Source: Actinomycetes bacterium
GTDB lineage: Bacteria; Actinomycetota; Actinomycetes; JAHEKZ01
Direction: 5' to 3'
Assembly: GCA_035543875.1 (NCBI GenBank)
Contig: DATKIY010000217.1
Span: 1-40,900, forward strand
Length of the DNA: 40,900 nt
Made by a program: the position numbers and the translations under genes. The notes under the pieces were generated by a model that was given only the letters and a program-made list of their open reading frames with translations, was not told the origin of the DNA and ran no database searches. Shown one piece after another: positions 7,579 to 17,038 of this stretch. Every line of letters starts with the position of its first letter. Position 1 is the first letter of the stretch.

Positions 7579-9090
7579 TCAGCACAGGAAACTGCAGTTG
7601 TCACCGCTTTCTGTATCGATGCCCTGGTAAGGCGGCACCACAACACGCCGGTCGCCTGCTGGGCCTCGAATGAAGATCTTGCGCAGGGCCACGTTGTTGG
7701 CATCTGTGACCTCGTACAGCCGACCGTCTGGGTTCGCCCGGACCTCAACGAAGTACTTTCCGTTTGGCAGATCAGTGACGTCAAACGATTGACCCGGTCG
7801 GTACTGCGCGTAGGTGTCACCCCAACCGGTCTGTAGCACTTCGCGAATCCAAAGCGAGTCGAGCTCGCCACACGCTGTGCCCAGCCCTTCGAGCCAAGGT
7901 CGCATCGATGCACCAGCGACCGTCAGGTCGATGATGTCGGTTGGCGCAAGACAGAAGGCTTCTTTGGTGCTTCGGACCACCTGGGTCTTTTCTGCGTTGA
8001 GTAGTGAGTAGTTCGCAAAGTCGCGGAAGTGCCAATGCTCATGTCCGTCGGCGTGGTCGTACTCCATGGTTCCTGCACGAGCCTTACCGACCAGGTCACC
8101 GTCGCGGTAGAAGTACTGAAAAGCCTTCATGATTTCGGTGTTGTCTTCGCGGAAGCCCTCAACCACCAATGGTGATGGACCTCGGTTCCACACCGTGGCG
8201 CCGAAACGGATATACGAGCGCCCGCTCTTGCGGTGATTGTCGACGTTGATGCCCCAGGCTGGTAAAGCCGCGATGTCGGGCAGTGCGTCGGGACCCGGAA
8301 CGGTGCTGCGAGCTTCGGTCAAGGAGGACTGACCCGATCGACGGAGATCAGACCGACCAATCTTGGCGGTTCGTGTGGTGCTGGACTTGGTCACCACATC
8401 GACATTGGTCGTGAAGGCTGCGTCCTCGGGAGCCACCTGGAACTGGTCTCGGTAGAACTTTGTGAGTGAGACGCGAAGCTGGTAGCTGCCCTCAGGGAGC
8501 AGGTGATGGATATGCAAGTAGCGCCGTACCTGAGTGGCCCATCCTCGGTCGATTCCCCAGATCATTCCGACGGTAAAGGGGTTGGTGTAACACATTTCTG
8601 GGTACGTCTGGTTCTCGGGGCCGTTGTCGTTCACTCGTTGACCGCGGTAGTCGTTGGGACAGAAGTCGTACTTCCTGTCTCTAATCGCCTCGCCCTTGCT
8701 GTTGGTAAACGTGATCCTGAGGAACTCGGGAAGGCCGTGTCGCAGATCCGTGACGGTGATGTCGGGAAGCGGTTGAATCAGCTTGACGTCGCCGTCGCGT
8801 TGCCGCACTACCTGACTTACGACCAGCGGTTCGCTGTAGCTGGCGCGCTGGGCCCACAGTTCGAATGCTCCGCCGGCTGATGCGACGTAGGCGCTCGGTG
8901 AGACGTACAGGCCGTTGCGTCGCGTCTGGACGACGGTCATTTGATCCTGGGTGCCGATGAGTCGGACACTCGGGAGAGTCGAAGTGCCAGAACTCCCCGC
9001 GGAAGCGGGGACTGTTGCTGCCAAGAGCGGAATCGTGATGGCCGCAGCGGTGGAGACGATCGCGACGAAGCTGCGACGACTGGTGCGCAT
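7579..9090 (-). CDS. exported lysyl-oxidase-like (LOX catalytic domain) copper amine oxidase homologue with unknown N-terminal domain
   Basis: Signal peptide MRTSRRSFVAIVSTAAAITIPLLAATVPASA. The C-terminal about 210 aa aligns by eye with the animal LOX catalytic domain in five blocks. LPDIAA matches LPDLVA. IRFGATVWNRGPSP matches LRFPQRVKNQGTSD. GHEHWHFRDFANYSLL matches CHQHYHSMDEFSHYDLL. TKEAFCLAPTD matches HKASFCLEDTS. GWGDTYAQYRPGQSFDVTDLPNGKYFVEV matches [29 protein letters not shown]. Confidence 0.75.
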   Translation of the reverse strand: MRTSRRSFVAIVSTAAAITIPLLAATVPASAGSSGTSTLPSVRLIGTQDQMTVVQTRRNGLYVSPSAYVASAGGAFELWAQRASYSEPLVVSQVVRQRDGDVKLIQPLPDITVTDLRHGLPEFLRITFTNSKGEAIRDRKYDFCPNDYRGQRVNDNGPENQTYPEMCYTNPFTVGMIWGIDRGWATQVRRYLHIHHLLPEGSYQLRVSLTKFYRDQFQVAPEDAAFTTNVDVVTKSSTTRTAKIGRSDLRRSGQSSLTEARSTVPGPDALPDIAALPAWGINVDNHRKSGRSYIRFGATVWNRGPSPLVVEGFREDNTEIMKAFQYFYRDGDLVGKARAGTMEYDHADGHEHWHFRDFANYSLLNAEKTQVVRSTKEAFCLAPTDIIDLTVAGASMRPWLEGLGTACGELDSLWIREVLQTGWGDTYAQYRPGQSFDVTDLPNGKYFVEVRANPDGRLYEVTDANNVALRKIFIRGPAGDRRVVVPPYQGIDTESGDNCSFLC

Positions 9091-9275
9091 GGCACTCCTT
9101 GGTGGTGAGCGATACGTAGGTGGCCGATGTATAGCATCCGGCGGTCACTTTCGGCGGTATTCTCCACACCTTTGGAGCCCAATCGGGACATCAGGTTCTC
9201 CTGATGCCGGACAAATCCGGCGGTGTCGAGCGGTTAGTCCTTAGACCGCCCTTTCGGTGCCCTTAGGGTGATCGA

Positions 9276-10394
9276 GTGGCAGCGCCCCAAGCCTCTTCAC
9301 CGAACCCGTTGCCTCCCGAGGCGACGGGTTCTCCGCCGAGTACGCAGTCGGTGGTTTTCAAGGTGATGAGCGCGATGCTGACCGGGGCGTTGCTTGCTCT
9401 CATTGCGTTCTATCTCATCCCCAAGCTTTCGGGGTATGCCAGCGTCGGTGAGTCTCTGCGCAACATGAGCGGGATCGAACTGGTTCTGCTCATGCTCGGC
9501 GGAATCACCATCATGACCCTCAACGCAGCGGCCATGAAGACACCGCTTCACCACCTCGGCCTCGGCCGCGCCTTCGTCGCGCAGCAGGCGTCAACCGCAG
9601 TGTCTAACGTGATCCCAGGCCCATCGGGAACGGCTGCAAGATTTGCGATTCTTCACTCGTGGAAGGTGTCTGTCGAAGACTTCACTCGGGCGACGTTTGC
9701 TGTCAGCGTGTGGAGCAACGTCGCGATGATTTCGATGCCCGGAATTGCATTTCTGACCCTGGCGATCCTCGAAGGATCAACGTGGGACGGCAAGAATCTG
9801 TACGTGCTCGCTGGGCTCACTTTGTTGGTCTCAGTGACTGTAATTGCCCTGGTGATTGGGCTGCTCCGCAGCGTCAGGTTCACCCGATTCCTCGGGCGGC
9901 TGACGCAGCGACTGGTGAACCCGCTTCGAAAGCTATTTCGACGCAGGCCAATTTCTGGCCTAGAGCATCAAGCAGAACTCCTCCGTGAACGGACCCTCGA
10001 TGTGCTCCGCGATCGAGGAGGCCGTCTGACCGCGATCACCCTCGGGAACTACTGGCTCAACGGCCTGCTGCTCGTTTTCAGCCTGTGGTTTGCGGGAATC
10101 CCTCGCAGTGAACTTCCGCTCATCGTTGGACTGGCTACCTACAGCATCGGCCGCCTGTCGACCATCATTCAGGTCACTCCCGGCGGCGTCGGCGTGGTCG
10201 AGATAGCCTACACCGCGGTTTTCGTCGCAGTGTTGGGCGACAAGTGGCACGACGATGTCGTAACCGGTGTTCTGGTGTACCGGCTTCTCACCTACGTCAT
10301 GCCGATCGCGGTGGGTGGGATTTGCTACGTGATTTGGCGACGTATGCAAGCGCATGCACACAAAGAAGAACTCGCCACCACGCCTGCCGGCTAG
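9276..10394 (+). CDS. UPF0104 / lysylphosphatidylglycerol-synthase-TM-like (flippase-like) membrane protein
   Basis: Polytopic membrane protein. Its C-terminal GRLSTIIQVTPGGVGVVEIAYTAVFV motif is typical of the LPG_synthase_TM/UPF0104 family. GTG start. Confidence 0.6.
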   Translation: MAAPQASSPNPLPPEATGSPPSTQSVVFKVMSAMLTGALLALIAFYLIPKLSGYASVGESLRNMSGIELVLLMLGGITIMTLNAAAMKTPLHHLGLGRAFVAQQASTAVSNVIPGPSGTAARFAILHSWKVSVEDFTRATFAVSVWSNVAMISMPGIAFLTLAILEGSTWDGKNLYVLAGLTLLVSVTVIALVIGLLRSVRFTRFLGRLTQRLVNPLRKLFRRRPISGLEHQAELLRERTLDVLRDRGGRLTAITLGNYWLNGLLLVFSLWFAGIPRSELPLIVGLATYSIGRLSTIIQVTPGGVGVVEIAYTAVFVAVLGDKWHDDVVTGVLVYRLLTYVMPIAVGGICYVIWRRMQAHAHKEELATTPAG

Positions 10395-11152
10395 TCAGTT
10401 ATCGCAAGTACCACAGCGATGTACTGCGTGATGTACGCGGCGATCGTCATCGCATGAAACACCTCGTGGAACCCAAACCAGCGCGGGAATGGATTGGGCC
10501 GCTTGAAGGCATAAACGATCGCGCCAAAGGTATACAGCAGCCCACCCGCCATGATGAGAATGACGACAACAGCTCCACCGCTTCGCCAAAGCGCTGGGAG
10601 ATACGCGACCGCGGCCCACCCCAGACCTATGTAGAGCGCGACATAAAGCGGACGGGGTGCGCCGACCCACAACACGCGAAACAGCACCCCGAAGGCTGCC
10701 ACCGTCCACACCAGTATCAGCAAGATTTCGCCTTGCCGGCCGGTAAGCAGGGCAACTGCGAAGGGGGTGTACGAGCCAGCGATGAACAAGTAGATGTTTG
10801 AGTGATCGAGTCGTTTGAGCACTGCTTCCGTCCGGCTACCCCACACCCGCCGGTGGTAGGTGGCGCTGACGGCGAACAACAAAACGGTTGTGATCAGGTA
10901 GACGACGACGGCCCAGCGGACCTTGCCTGCTGGTGCGAGTGCCACAGCGACGATGCCCAACACGATGGACAGCGGCACCGCACCTAGGTGGAGCCAACCA
11001 CGCAACTTGGGCCGAACGGACTCGGGCACATGCCCTACCACGCGAACGATGCGCCGCTCTGCTGTGTCGAGCGCCCGATCGACTGCTTGGTCGACCGGGG
11101 TTGGAGCGCCCGACTTCGACGATCCGTTGGTCATGGGAGGAGCATGCGCCAT
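10391..11152 (-). CDS. hemolysin III / PAQR family membrane protein
   Basis: Seven-TM protein with HSNIYLFIAGSYTPF and a C-terminal HEVFHAMTIAAY motif. Its stop overlaps the convergent stop of 9276..10394 (CTAG at 10391-10394). Confidence 0.8.
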   Translation of the reverse strand: MAHAPPMTNGSSKSGAPTPVDQAVDRALDTAERRIVRVVGHVPESVRPKLRGWLHLGAVPLSIVLGIVAVALAPAGKVRWAVVVYLITTVLLFAVSATYHRRVWGSRTEAVLKRLDHSNIYLFIAGSYTPFAVALLTGRQGEILLILVWTVAAFGVLFRVLWVGAPRPLYVALYIGLGWAAVAYLPALWRSGGAVVVILIMAGGLLYTFGAIVYAFKRPNPFPRWFGFHEVFHAMTIAAYITQYIAVVLAITD

Positions 11153-11205
11153 TAGCGGGCAGGTGCCAAATTCTGTGCCAGGGCTTCGCGCTCGATTGGG
11201 GTTGC

Positions 11206-11877
11206 TTAGACCGGAATCGAGGTGAACATGTCGGAGTCTGACTCGCGAACAGCAGCCGCCGGAACGGCTCCGTCATGGTTGGCCAGCGAGGAGAGAGCAG
11301 CAGATTTGTCGGTCCCTGTCACCAACCAGACAATCGCGTCCGCGCGATTCACCATGCGCGGGGTGAGAGTCACCCTGGGGAAGCCGCGGAAGCTGTTGAT
11401 GGATGCAACATCGGCTGCAGCCGAGATCACGGCGGCATCACCAGGTGGCCAGGACGCGGTATGCCCGTCGTCGCCAAGGCCAAGGTGAATCACGTCGATT
11501 CGTTGGCCTGCGATCATGCTGATTGTCCTGCCGTACTCCGATGCTGCCGCTTCTGGTGTGAACGACGTGACCGGAATTGCGTGGCGGTGTGATCGCGGGA
11601 TGCCAGCAGGTTCGAGAAGTCCTTGCGTCAAGCCGGTCCAGTTGCGATCCGGATCGCCGTCGGGAGCAACACGTTCGTCGACTTGAAACACATGCACCGC
11701 CTGCCAGGGAACGTCCATCCTCGCGAGCTCATCGAACATGACTTGAGGGGTCTTGCCTCCGCTGAAAGCCACGCTTGCCTGTCCCTGCAGATCGACAAGT
11801 TCGGTCAGTCGATTCGCCAGACACGAAGCGGCGCCAACTGCGGCCTCCAGCTCATGTTCGGTTCGGGTGATTCTCAT
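11206..11877 (-). CDS. pgl: 6-phosphogluconolactonase
   Basis: ORF 11206..12123, trimmed to ATG 11875-11877 (MRITRTEHELEAAV...). Motifs FSGGKTP, VFQVDERV and HLGLGDDGHTASWPPGD. The longer ORF would overlap the zwf 3' end. Confidence 0.8.
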   Translation of the reverse strand: MRITRTEHELEAAVGAASCLANRLTELVDLQGQASVAFSGGKTPQVMFDELARMDVPWQAVHVFQVDERVAPDGDPDRNWTGLTQGLLEPAGIPRSHRHAIPVTSFTPEAAASEYGRTISMIAGQRIDVIHLGLGDDGHTASWPPGDAAVISAAADVASINSFRGFPRVTLTPRMVNRADAIVWLVTGTDKSAALSSLANHDGAVPAAAVRESDSDMFTSIPV

Positions 11878-11902
11878 CAGTGCATCACCGGGGGGAGCGA
11901 GG

Positions 11903-13309
11903 TCATATTTGTGACTGCTCATCGCCGGGTTGATGCCAATGATGATGGCCGAGTAACTCGCTAGCTTCTTCTGGTCCCCAGCTCCCGCGTTCGTAGAAAT
12001 AGATCGGTGACGGTTGATCGAACGCAGGTTGAACCACTCGCCACGCTTGCTGAACTGAGTCTGACCGTGCAAATCGACGCGCTTCGCCGTCGAGGGCGTC
12101 GTCAAGCAGACGTTCATACGCATCCTGCCTCGCGCCGAGTGCGTGGTCGAAATCTACCCGCATCGCGACGTCACGCGTTGCCAGCTCTCGCCCGGGCCGC
12201 TTGGCCTGAACGCCAAGCGTTACGCCGTCGTCCTTACCCAATCTGAAGCGAATCGTGTTGGCGTGTGGCTGCGGTACGGCGTCATCGGTGAACATCATGC
12301 GAGGTGGTGCTCGAAACTCGACAACAGCTTCGGTCCAGGTGGTGGCAAGTGCCTTGCCGACCCGGATATAGAACGGCACACCCGCCCAGCGCCACGAGTC
12401 AATGCGCAGATGTAGGGCTGCGAACGTCTCGACGGTGGAGTCAGGCGCAACGCCAGGTTCCTCTCGATACCCGACGTACTGACCGCGGACGAGGTGAGAT
12501 GGGTCGATGGGACGCATCGCCTTGAGGACGCGAACCTTCTCGTCGCGCAACGCGTCGGCGTCCTTGTCCAGCGGCGGCTCCATGGCGAGGAGCGACACGA
12601 CCTGGAGCATGTGGTTTTGTACGACGTCTCGGATAGCTCCGACATCTTCGTAGAAGGCACCTCGTCCTTCAACGCCGAACTCCTCGGCCATTGTGACCTG
12701 CACGCTGGCGATGTTGTTGCGATTCCACACCGGTTCCAGAAACGAGTTCGCGAACCGGAAGACCAAGAGGTTCTCGACTGCCTCTTTGCCGAGGTAGTGG
12801 TCGATGCGAAAGATGCGGCGCTCGTCAAAGTGCTCGTGCAAAATTCTGTCGAGTTCGATGGCTGATGGGAGGTCGCGGCCGAACGGTTTCTCGACGATGA
12901 CTCGACCGTTTTGGGTGAGCCCTACCGCGGCAAGGTGTTCGGCAACAACGGAGAACATCAGTGGGGGGATCGCGAGGTAGAAGGTTGGCCAACGAATGCC
13001 TTCCAGTTTGGCCGCCAGTCGCTCGAACGTCGCCGCGTCGTTGTAGTCACCGTCAACAATGCACAGCTGCTTGGCCAACTTCGCAAACACCGACTCGTCG
13101 ATCGCACCTCGGGCGGTCAGGATCGCTTGTCGCGCATGATCGTGCAGCACACTGTCGTCCCATGTCGAGCGGGCAACCCCCACGATGGGCACGTCGAGCT
13201 GATCTCGCTCGGCCATTCGGTAAAGCGATGGAAACAGTTTCTTCTTGGCCAGATCGCCGGTGATGCCGAACAGGACCAAGGCATCAGAGCGCGGAAGTCG
13301 ATTCGGCAT
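11903..13309 (-). CDS. zwf: glucose-6-phosphate 1-dehydrogenase
   Basis: GITGDLAKKKLFPSLY dinucleotide-binding motif and the RIDHYLGKE active-site motif. Confidence 0.92.
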   Translation of the reverse strand: MPNRLPRSDALVLFGITGDLAKKKLFPSLYRMAERDQLDVPIVGVARSTWDDSVLHDHARQAILTARGAIDESVFAKLAKQLCIVDGDYNDAATFERLAAKLEGIRWPTFYLAIPPLMFSVVAEHLAAVGLTQNGRVIVEKPFGRDLPSAIELDRILHEHFDERRIFRIDHYLGKEAVENLLVFRFANSFLEPVWNRNNIASVQVTMAEEFGVEGRGAFYEDVGAIRDVVQNHMLQVVSLLAMEPPLDKDADALRDEKVRVLKAMRPIDPSHLVRGQYVGYREEPGVAPDSTVETFAALHLRIDSWRWAGVPFYIRVGKALATTWTEAVVEFRAPPRMMFTDDAVPQPHANTIRFRLGKDDGVTLGVQAKRPGRELATRDVAMRVDFDHALGARQDAYERLLDDALDGEARRFARSDSVQQAWRVVQPAFDQPSPIYFYERGSWGPEEASELLGHHHWHQPGDEQSQI

Positions 13310-13311
13310 GA

Positions 13312-14340
13312 CTATGAAGCACTCCCAGTGGATGGTTGTTCGTGGTGGCCGCCAAATTGTTTCCGCATGGCCGACAGGATGCGATCGGCGAAGTCAGCGT
13401 TACCTCGTGAGCTAAACCGTGAATACAGCGCGGCGGTCAGTACGTAGGCGGGCACACCCTCGTCGACTGCGGCGTGAACCGTCCATCGCCCCTCGCCCGA
13501 GTCGGACACCCGACCTTGGAAGCTCGCCAGGTCGGGTTCTTCGTTCAGCGCCTCTGCTGTGAGGTCGAGTAGCCAGGAACTCACAACGCTGCCGCGTCGC
13601 CAGAGCTCGGTGATAGACGCCAGGTCCAGGTCGTACGCGTAGAACTCTGGGTGAGCGAGCGGCGCGCTCTCTGCGTCTGCTGCGCGGGGGCGGGTCCCTG
13701 CATCGGCTCCTTTCAAAATGGCGAGCCCTTCTGCGAGTGCGGCCATCTGTCCGTACTCGATTCCGTTGTGGACCATCTTGACGAAGTGACCCGCACCGCT
13801 CGGGCCGCAGTGCAGCCAACCTTGCTCGGCGGTGCTTGCTTCACCTGTGCGGGACGGTGTGCGTGGCGCGGCGTCGACTCCTGGTGCCAGCGTTCCCAGC
13901 AACGGTGACAGGCGACGTACGGCTTCTTGGTCTCCACCAACCATGAGGCAAAACCCTCGCTCGAGTCCGAATACGCCACCGCTGGTCCCAATGTCGACGT
14001 AGTGGATGCCACGGGTCGCGAGCGCGGCAGCTCGCCGGATGTCGTCCTGGTAGAAGGAGTTACCCCCGTCGATGATCGTGTCGCCGGGGGATAGCAGCCC
14101 GGCGAGCTCGTCAACGGTTGTGTCGACCACGGCGGCTGGCAGCATCACCCAGACAACGCGCGGGGCTGTTAGTTGGTTCACCAGATCAGTCAGCGAACTC
14201 GCTCCGGCGGCTCCCTCGGCAGCCAACGTGGTCACGGCTACCGGGTCGATGTCGTGAATCACGCAATCGTGGCCGCCCCGTTTGGATCGCCGCACCAGAT
14301 TGGCACCCATCCGCCCCAGGCCGACCATGCCTAACTGCAT
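13312..14340 (-). CDS. gnd: 6-phosphogluconate dehydrogenase (decarboxylating), short Gnd/YqeC-like form
   Basis: ORF 13312..14421, trimmed to ATG 14338-14340 after a GGGAGAG RBS. It begins MQLGMVGLGRMGANLVRR (Rossmann) and contains GGNSFYQDD and DIGTSGGVFGLERG. Only 2 nt separate its stop from the zwf start. Confidence 0.85.
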   Translation of the reverse strand: MQLGMVGLGRMGANLVRRSKRGGHDCVIHDIDPVAVTTLAAEGAAGASSLTDLVNQLTAPRVVWVMLPAAVVDTTVDELAGLLSPGDTIIDGGNSFYQDDIRRAAALATRGIHYVDIGTSGGVFGLERGFCLMVGGDQEAVRRLSPLLGTLAPGVDAAPRTPSRTGEASTAEQGWLHCGPSGAGHFVKMVHNGIEYGQMAALAEGLAILKGADAGTRPRAADAESAPLAHPEFYAYDLDLASITELWRRGSVVSSWLLDLTAEALNEEPDLASFQGRVSDSGEGRWTVHAAVDEGVPAYVLTAALYSRFSSRGNADFADRILSAMRKQFGGHHEQPSTGSAS

Positions 14341-14555
14341 CTGACTCTCCCTTTGCCCATCGTCCGGAATCACCGGTGTGTGTCGCCCGGTCAGTCTGCT
14401 GGGCGGATGCCCACGGAGCAATCGCGGCCCGCTGTCGAAGTCAGCCCGGGTCCTCGAAATGACGGCGACCGGGGTAACTAATCAGAAATGACGGTTTTTG
14501 ATGACATGCGCCTCACGGGCTAATCATTTGAGGGGAGTCGTCCGATGACTATGCC

Positions 14556-14804
14556 GTGAGTCCGAACTGTCCTGACCCCATCGTGCGAGCAACGCTTGTC
14601 GCGGTGCACCGACGTGATCACTCCCACCGCGCGGACCCGAATCTCCACCAGGGAGCCGACAGTTGTCACCCGCACGACATCGAGGTCGTGCGTCTGGGGC
14701 CGGCTGCCATGGCCGTGTGTCATGACTGCAGCTACGAGTTCGGGTTCGACGACACCCACGTCTGCGAAGAGGTCGCGCTTCAGCACCGTTCCGCAACCGC
14801 CTGA
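14556..14804 (+). CDS. small Cys/His-rich hypothetical protein
   Basis: GTG-start ORF with about 74% GC at third positions by my own count. Alternative frames do not show this bias. Contains CPDP...CHPHD...CHDCSYEFGFDDTHVC. Its 3' end overlaps the convergent 14780..16345 gene by 25 nt. The RBS is weak. Confidence 0.3.
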   Translation: MSPNCPDPIVRATLVAVHRRDHSHRADPNLHQGADSCHPHDIEVVRLGPAAMAVCHDCSYEFGFDDTHVCEEVALQHRSATA

Positions 14805-16345
14805 GTCTCACGTGCTTCAAGGTTCTCGTCACCGTCAGTGTCAGCGTCGTCGTCAGCGTGCCCACCAGAATCCAAGTCCTCTGCTGCCCGCGTGATATTG
14901 CGAACCATCGAACCGAAGACAATGCCGTGAAACGGCGCAACTACCCACCAGTACATGTGACCGAGCAAGCCGCGCGGGTGGAAGATGGCTCGTTGGTGGT
15001 AAACGGTCGGATGTGACTCCACGCGCATCTCAAGCCAGGCGAGTCCGGGAAGGCGCATCTCGGCGCGTAGTCGTAGGAGGTGACCTGGCTCGCGCTCCTC
15101 GACCCGCCAGAAGTCGAGTGACTCGCCAACCATCAGTCGATTGCGGTCGCGACGACCGCGCCGTAGTCCCACGCCGCCAGCGAGACGATCGAGCACCCCG
15201 CGTAGCTCCCACGCGAGCGGGAAGGAGTACCAGCCTCGGTCGCCACCTATGCCTTCGATGATTTGCCAGATCGCGCGGGGCGATGCGGTCGACGGACGCT
15301 CGCGCTCGTCGACGTACAGACTGCCTCCTGCCCAGTCGGGATCAGTCGGAAGCGGATCGCTCGGGGCTCCGCGAACGGAGGCGTTCGACCACCTAGTCGC
15401 TACATCGGCGTCCTTGATCCGCCGCAGTGCTAGCTCAACCGCACGGTCAATGCCGATCAGCCCACCGGTTGGTGAGGGAACATAGCTCTCGATGTCATGC
15501 TCGCGACAGAACACCTCGTGGCGTAGCGACTCGACGAGGGGCCGGGCGATTGAGCTAGGAACCGGTGTGATGAGCCCAACCCAGTGACTGGAAAGCGTCG
15601 GCGAGAGCACGGGTACTGGCAGGATCACGCGGCGACTCAGACCAGCCACTGCCGCGTACCGCTGCATCATCTCGGCGTAGGTGAGTACGTCTGGTCCACC
15701 GATATCGAATGTGCGGTTCAGCGTTTGTGGCAGTCTCGCGGCCGCAACCAGGTACCGCAGGACATCGCGGATAGCGATTGGTTGGATTCGGTTGTGCACC
15801 CAGCGGGGCGTAACCATCGCTGGTAGGCGTTCGGTGAGGTAGCGAAGCATCTCGAACGACGCCGACCCGGACCCAATGATGACCGCGGCGCGCAACTCGA
15901 TGGCTGGCACGCCTGACGCCCGCAGAATTTCGCCAACTTTCATGCGCGACTTGAGGTGTGGAGATAAGTGCTCACCGGTCGGGACCAGTCCTCCGAGGTA
16001 GATGATGCGACCAACGTGCGCGGCTTCTGCCGCGGTACCGAATGCGTCCGCCATTTCCTGTTCAACGCGCTCGAATCCGTCGCCCGTGACGAGTGAATGC
16101 AGAAGGTAGTACGCCACCTCGATGTTGGCGAGTGACCGTGCCAGAACGTCCTCGTCGCTAGCATCGCCAACGACGATGTCGACGTCCGCAAACCAGGGTC
16201 GGTCGCGCAGCTGTTCAGCGCGACGCGTCAGTACCCGGACGTGGAAACCTGCCGCAAGTAGTTCGGGGACGAGGCGACCACCGATGTAGCCGCTGGCGCC
16301 AGTGACGAGCGCGCGGCCCGTTGGGGCGTCCGGAGGTATGTTCAC
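14780..16345 (-). CDS. NAD(P)-binding SDR/NmrA-like protein with C-terminal DUF2867-like domain
   Basis: N-terminal Rossmann motif ALVTGASGYIGGRLVPELL. Length and C-terminal half resemble the SDR plus DUF2867 architecture. Acidic C-terminal tail. Confidence 0.7.
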   Translation of the reverse strand: MNIPPDAPTGRALVTGASGYIGGRLVPELLAAGFHVRVLTRRAEQLRDRPWFADVDIVVGDASDEDVLARSLANIEVAYYLLHSLVTGDGFERVEQEMADAFGTAAEAAHVGRIIYLGGLVPTGEHLSPHLKSRMKVGEILRASGVPAIELRAAVIIGSGSASFEMLRYLTERLPAMVTPRWVHNRIQPIAIRDVLRYLVAAARLPQTLNRTFDIGGPDVLTYAEMMQRYAAVAGLSRRVILPVPVLSPTLSSHWVGLITPVPSSIARPLVESLRHEVFCREHDIESYVPSPTGGLIGIDRAVELALRRIKDADVATRWSNASVRGAPSDPLPTDPDWAGGSLYVDERERPSTASPRAIWQIIEGIGGDRGWYSFPLAWELRGVLDRLAGGVGLRRGRRDRNRLMVGESLDFWRVEEREPGHLLRLRAEMRLPGLAWLEMRVESHPTVYHQRAIFHPRGLLGHMYWWVVAPFHGIVFGSMVRNITRAAEDLDSGGHADDDADTDGDENLEARETQAVAERC

Positions 16346-16411
16346 ATTGACAGTGTTACCCCGTCAGCGCGTGAGCACACCTTGTGCGGGTTGCCATGAA
16401 ACGATCCCGCC

Positions 16412-16897
16412 ATGAGTCCGTGGCTGGAGATCGTCATTTTCGCGGTGATGATGGTTGGGTTTGTTGGACTGGTGCTCCCCGTGTTGCCTGGACTGCTGTT
16501 GATGTGGGCCGCCACGTTGGTGTGGGTGTTGCTCGACGGGGGCGGAGCCATTCGCTGGGCGACGTTCGCGATCGTCAGCGTGCTCGCTATCGCCGGGACC
16601 GCCGCCGCCACCTGGATGTCTGGCCGCAACGCGTCCGAGGTGGGGGCTCCCTGGTGGGTGCTTGCCGTCGGTGTCGTCGGCATGATCGTTGGCTTCTTCA
16701 CCATTCCGATCTTGGGTTTGCTCGTAGGAGGAGTCGGAGCGATCTGGGTTGCCGAGCTGGTCCGCCTGCGCAGCCCCCGCCTGGCCTGGGACACCACGTG
16801 GGCGGCTATCCAGGGATATGGCGTCGGTACCACCATCCAGCTGGCGGCAGGGGTCGCCGTGCTCCTGGTCTGGCTGGTCGCGGTCTGGCTCACCTAG
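16412..16897 (+). CDS. DUF456 family membrane protein
   Basis: Four hydrophobic segments. The N-terminus MSPWLEIVIFAVMMVGFVGLVLPVLPGLLLMWAA is characteristic of DUF456. Confidence 0.7.
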   Translation: MSPWLEIVIFAVMMVGFVGLVLPVLPGLLLMWAATLVWVLLDGGGAIRWATFAIVSVLAIAGTAAATWMSGRNASEVGAPWWVLAVGVVGMIVGFFTIPILGLLVGGVGAIWVAELVRLRSPRLAWDTTWAAIQGYGVGTTIQLAAGVAVLLVWLVAVWLT

Positions 16898-17038
16898 TGG
16901 CCCTGGGCCGCCTTTCGTCGAAGACGCGCGGCCGCGGGTGGTGGTGATCCACCAGGCCATGGGGCAGAATGCCAAGTGCCCGGTTTCCACGGGGCGAGGC
17001 CGCTGGGGAAGGCGACCCTCGCAAAGGAGGCCGGAGCA

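Noticed and set aside
11878-12123. 5' extension of the pgl ORF into the zwf coding region.
   Set aside because: There is no Pgl similarity before MRITRTEHE. The extension overlaps the well-supported zwf 3' end in another frame.
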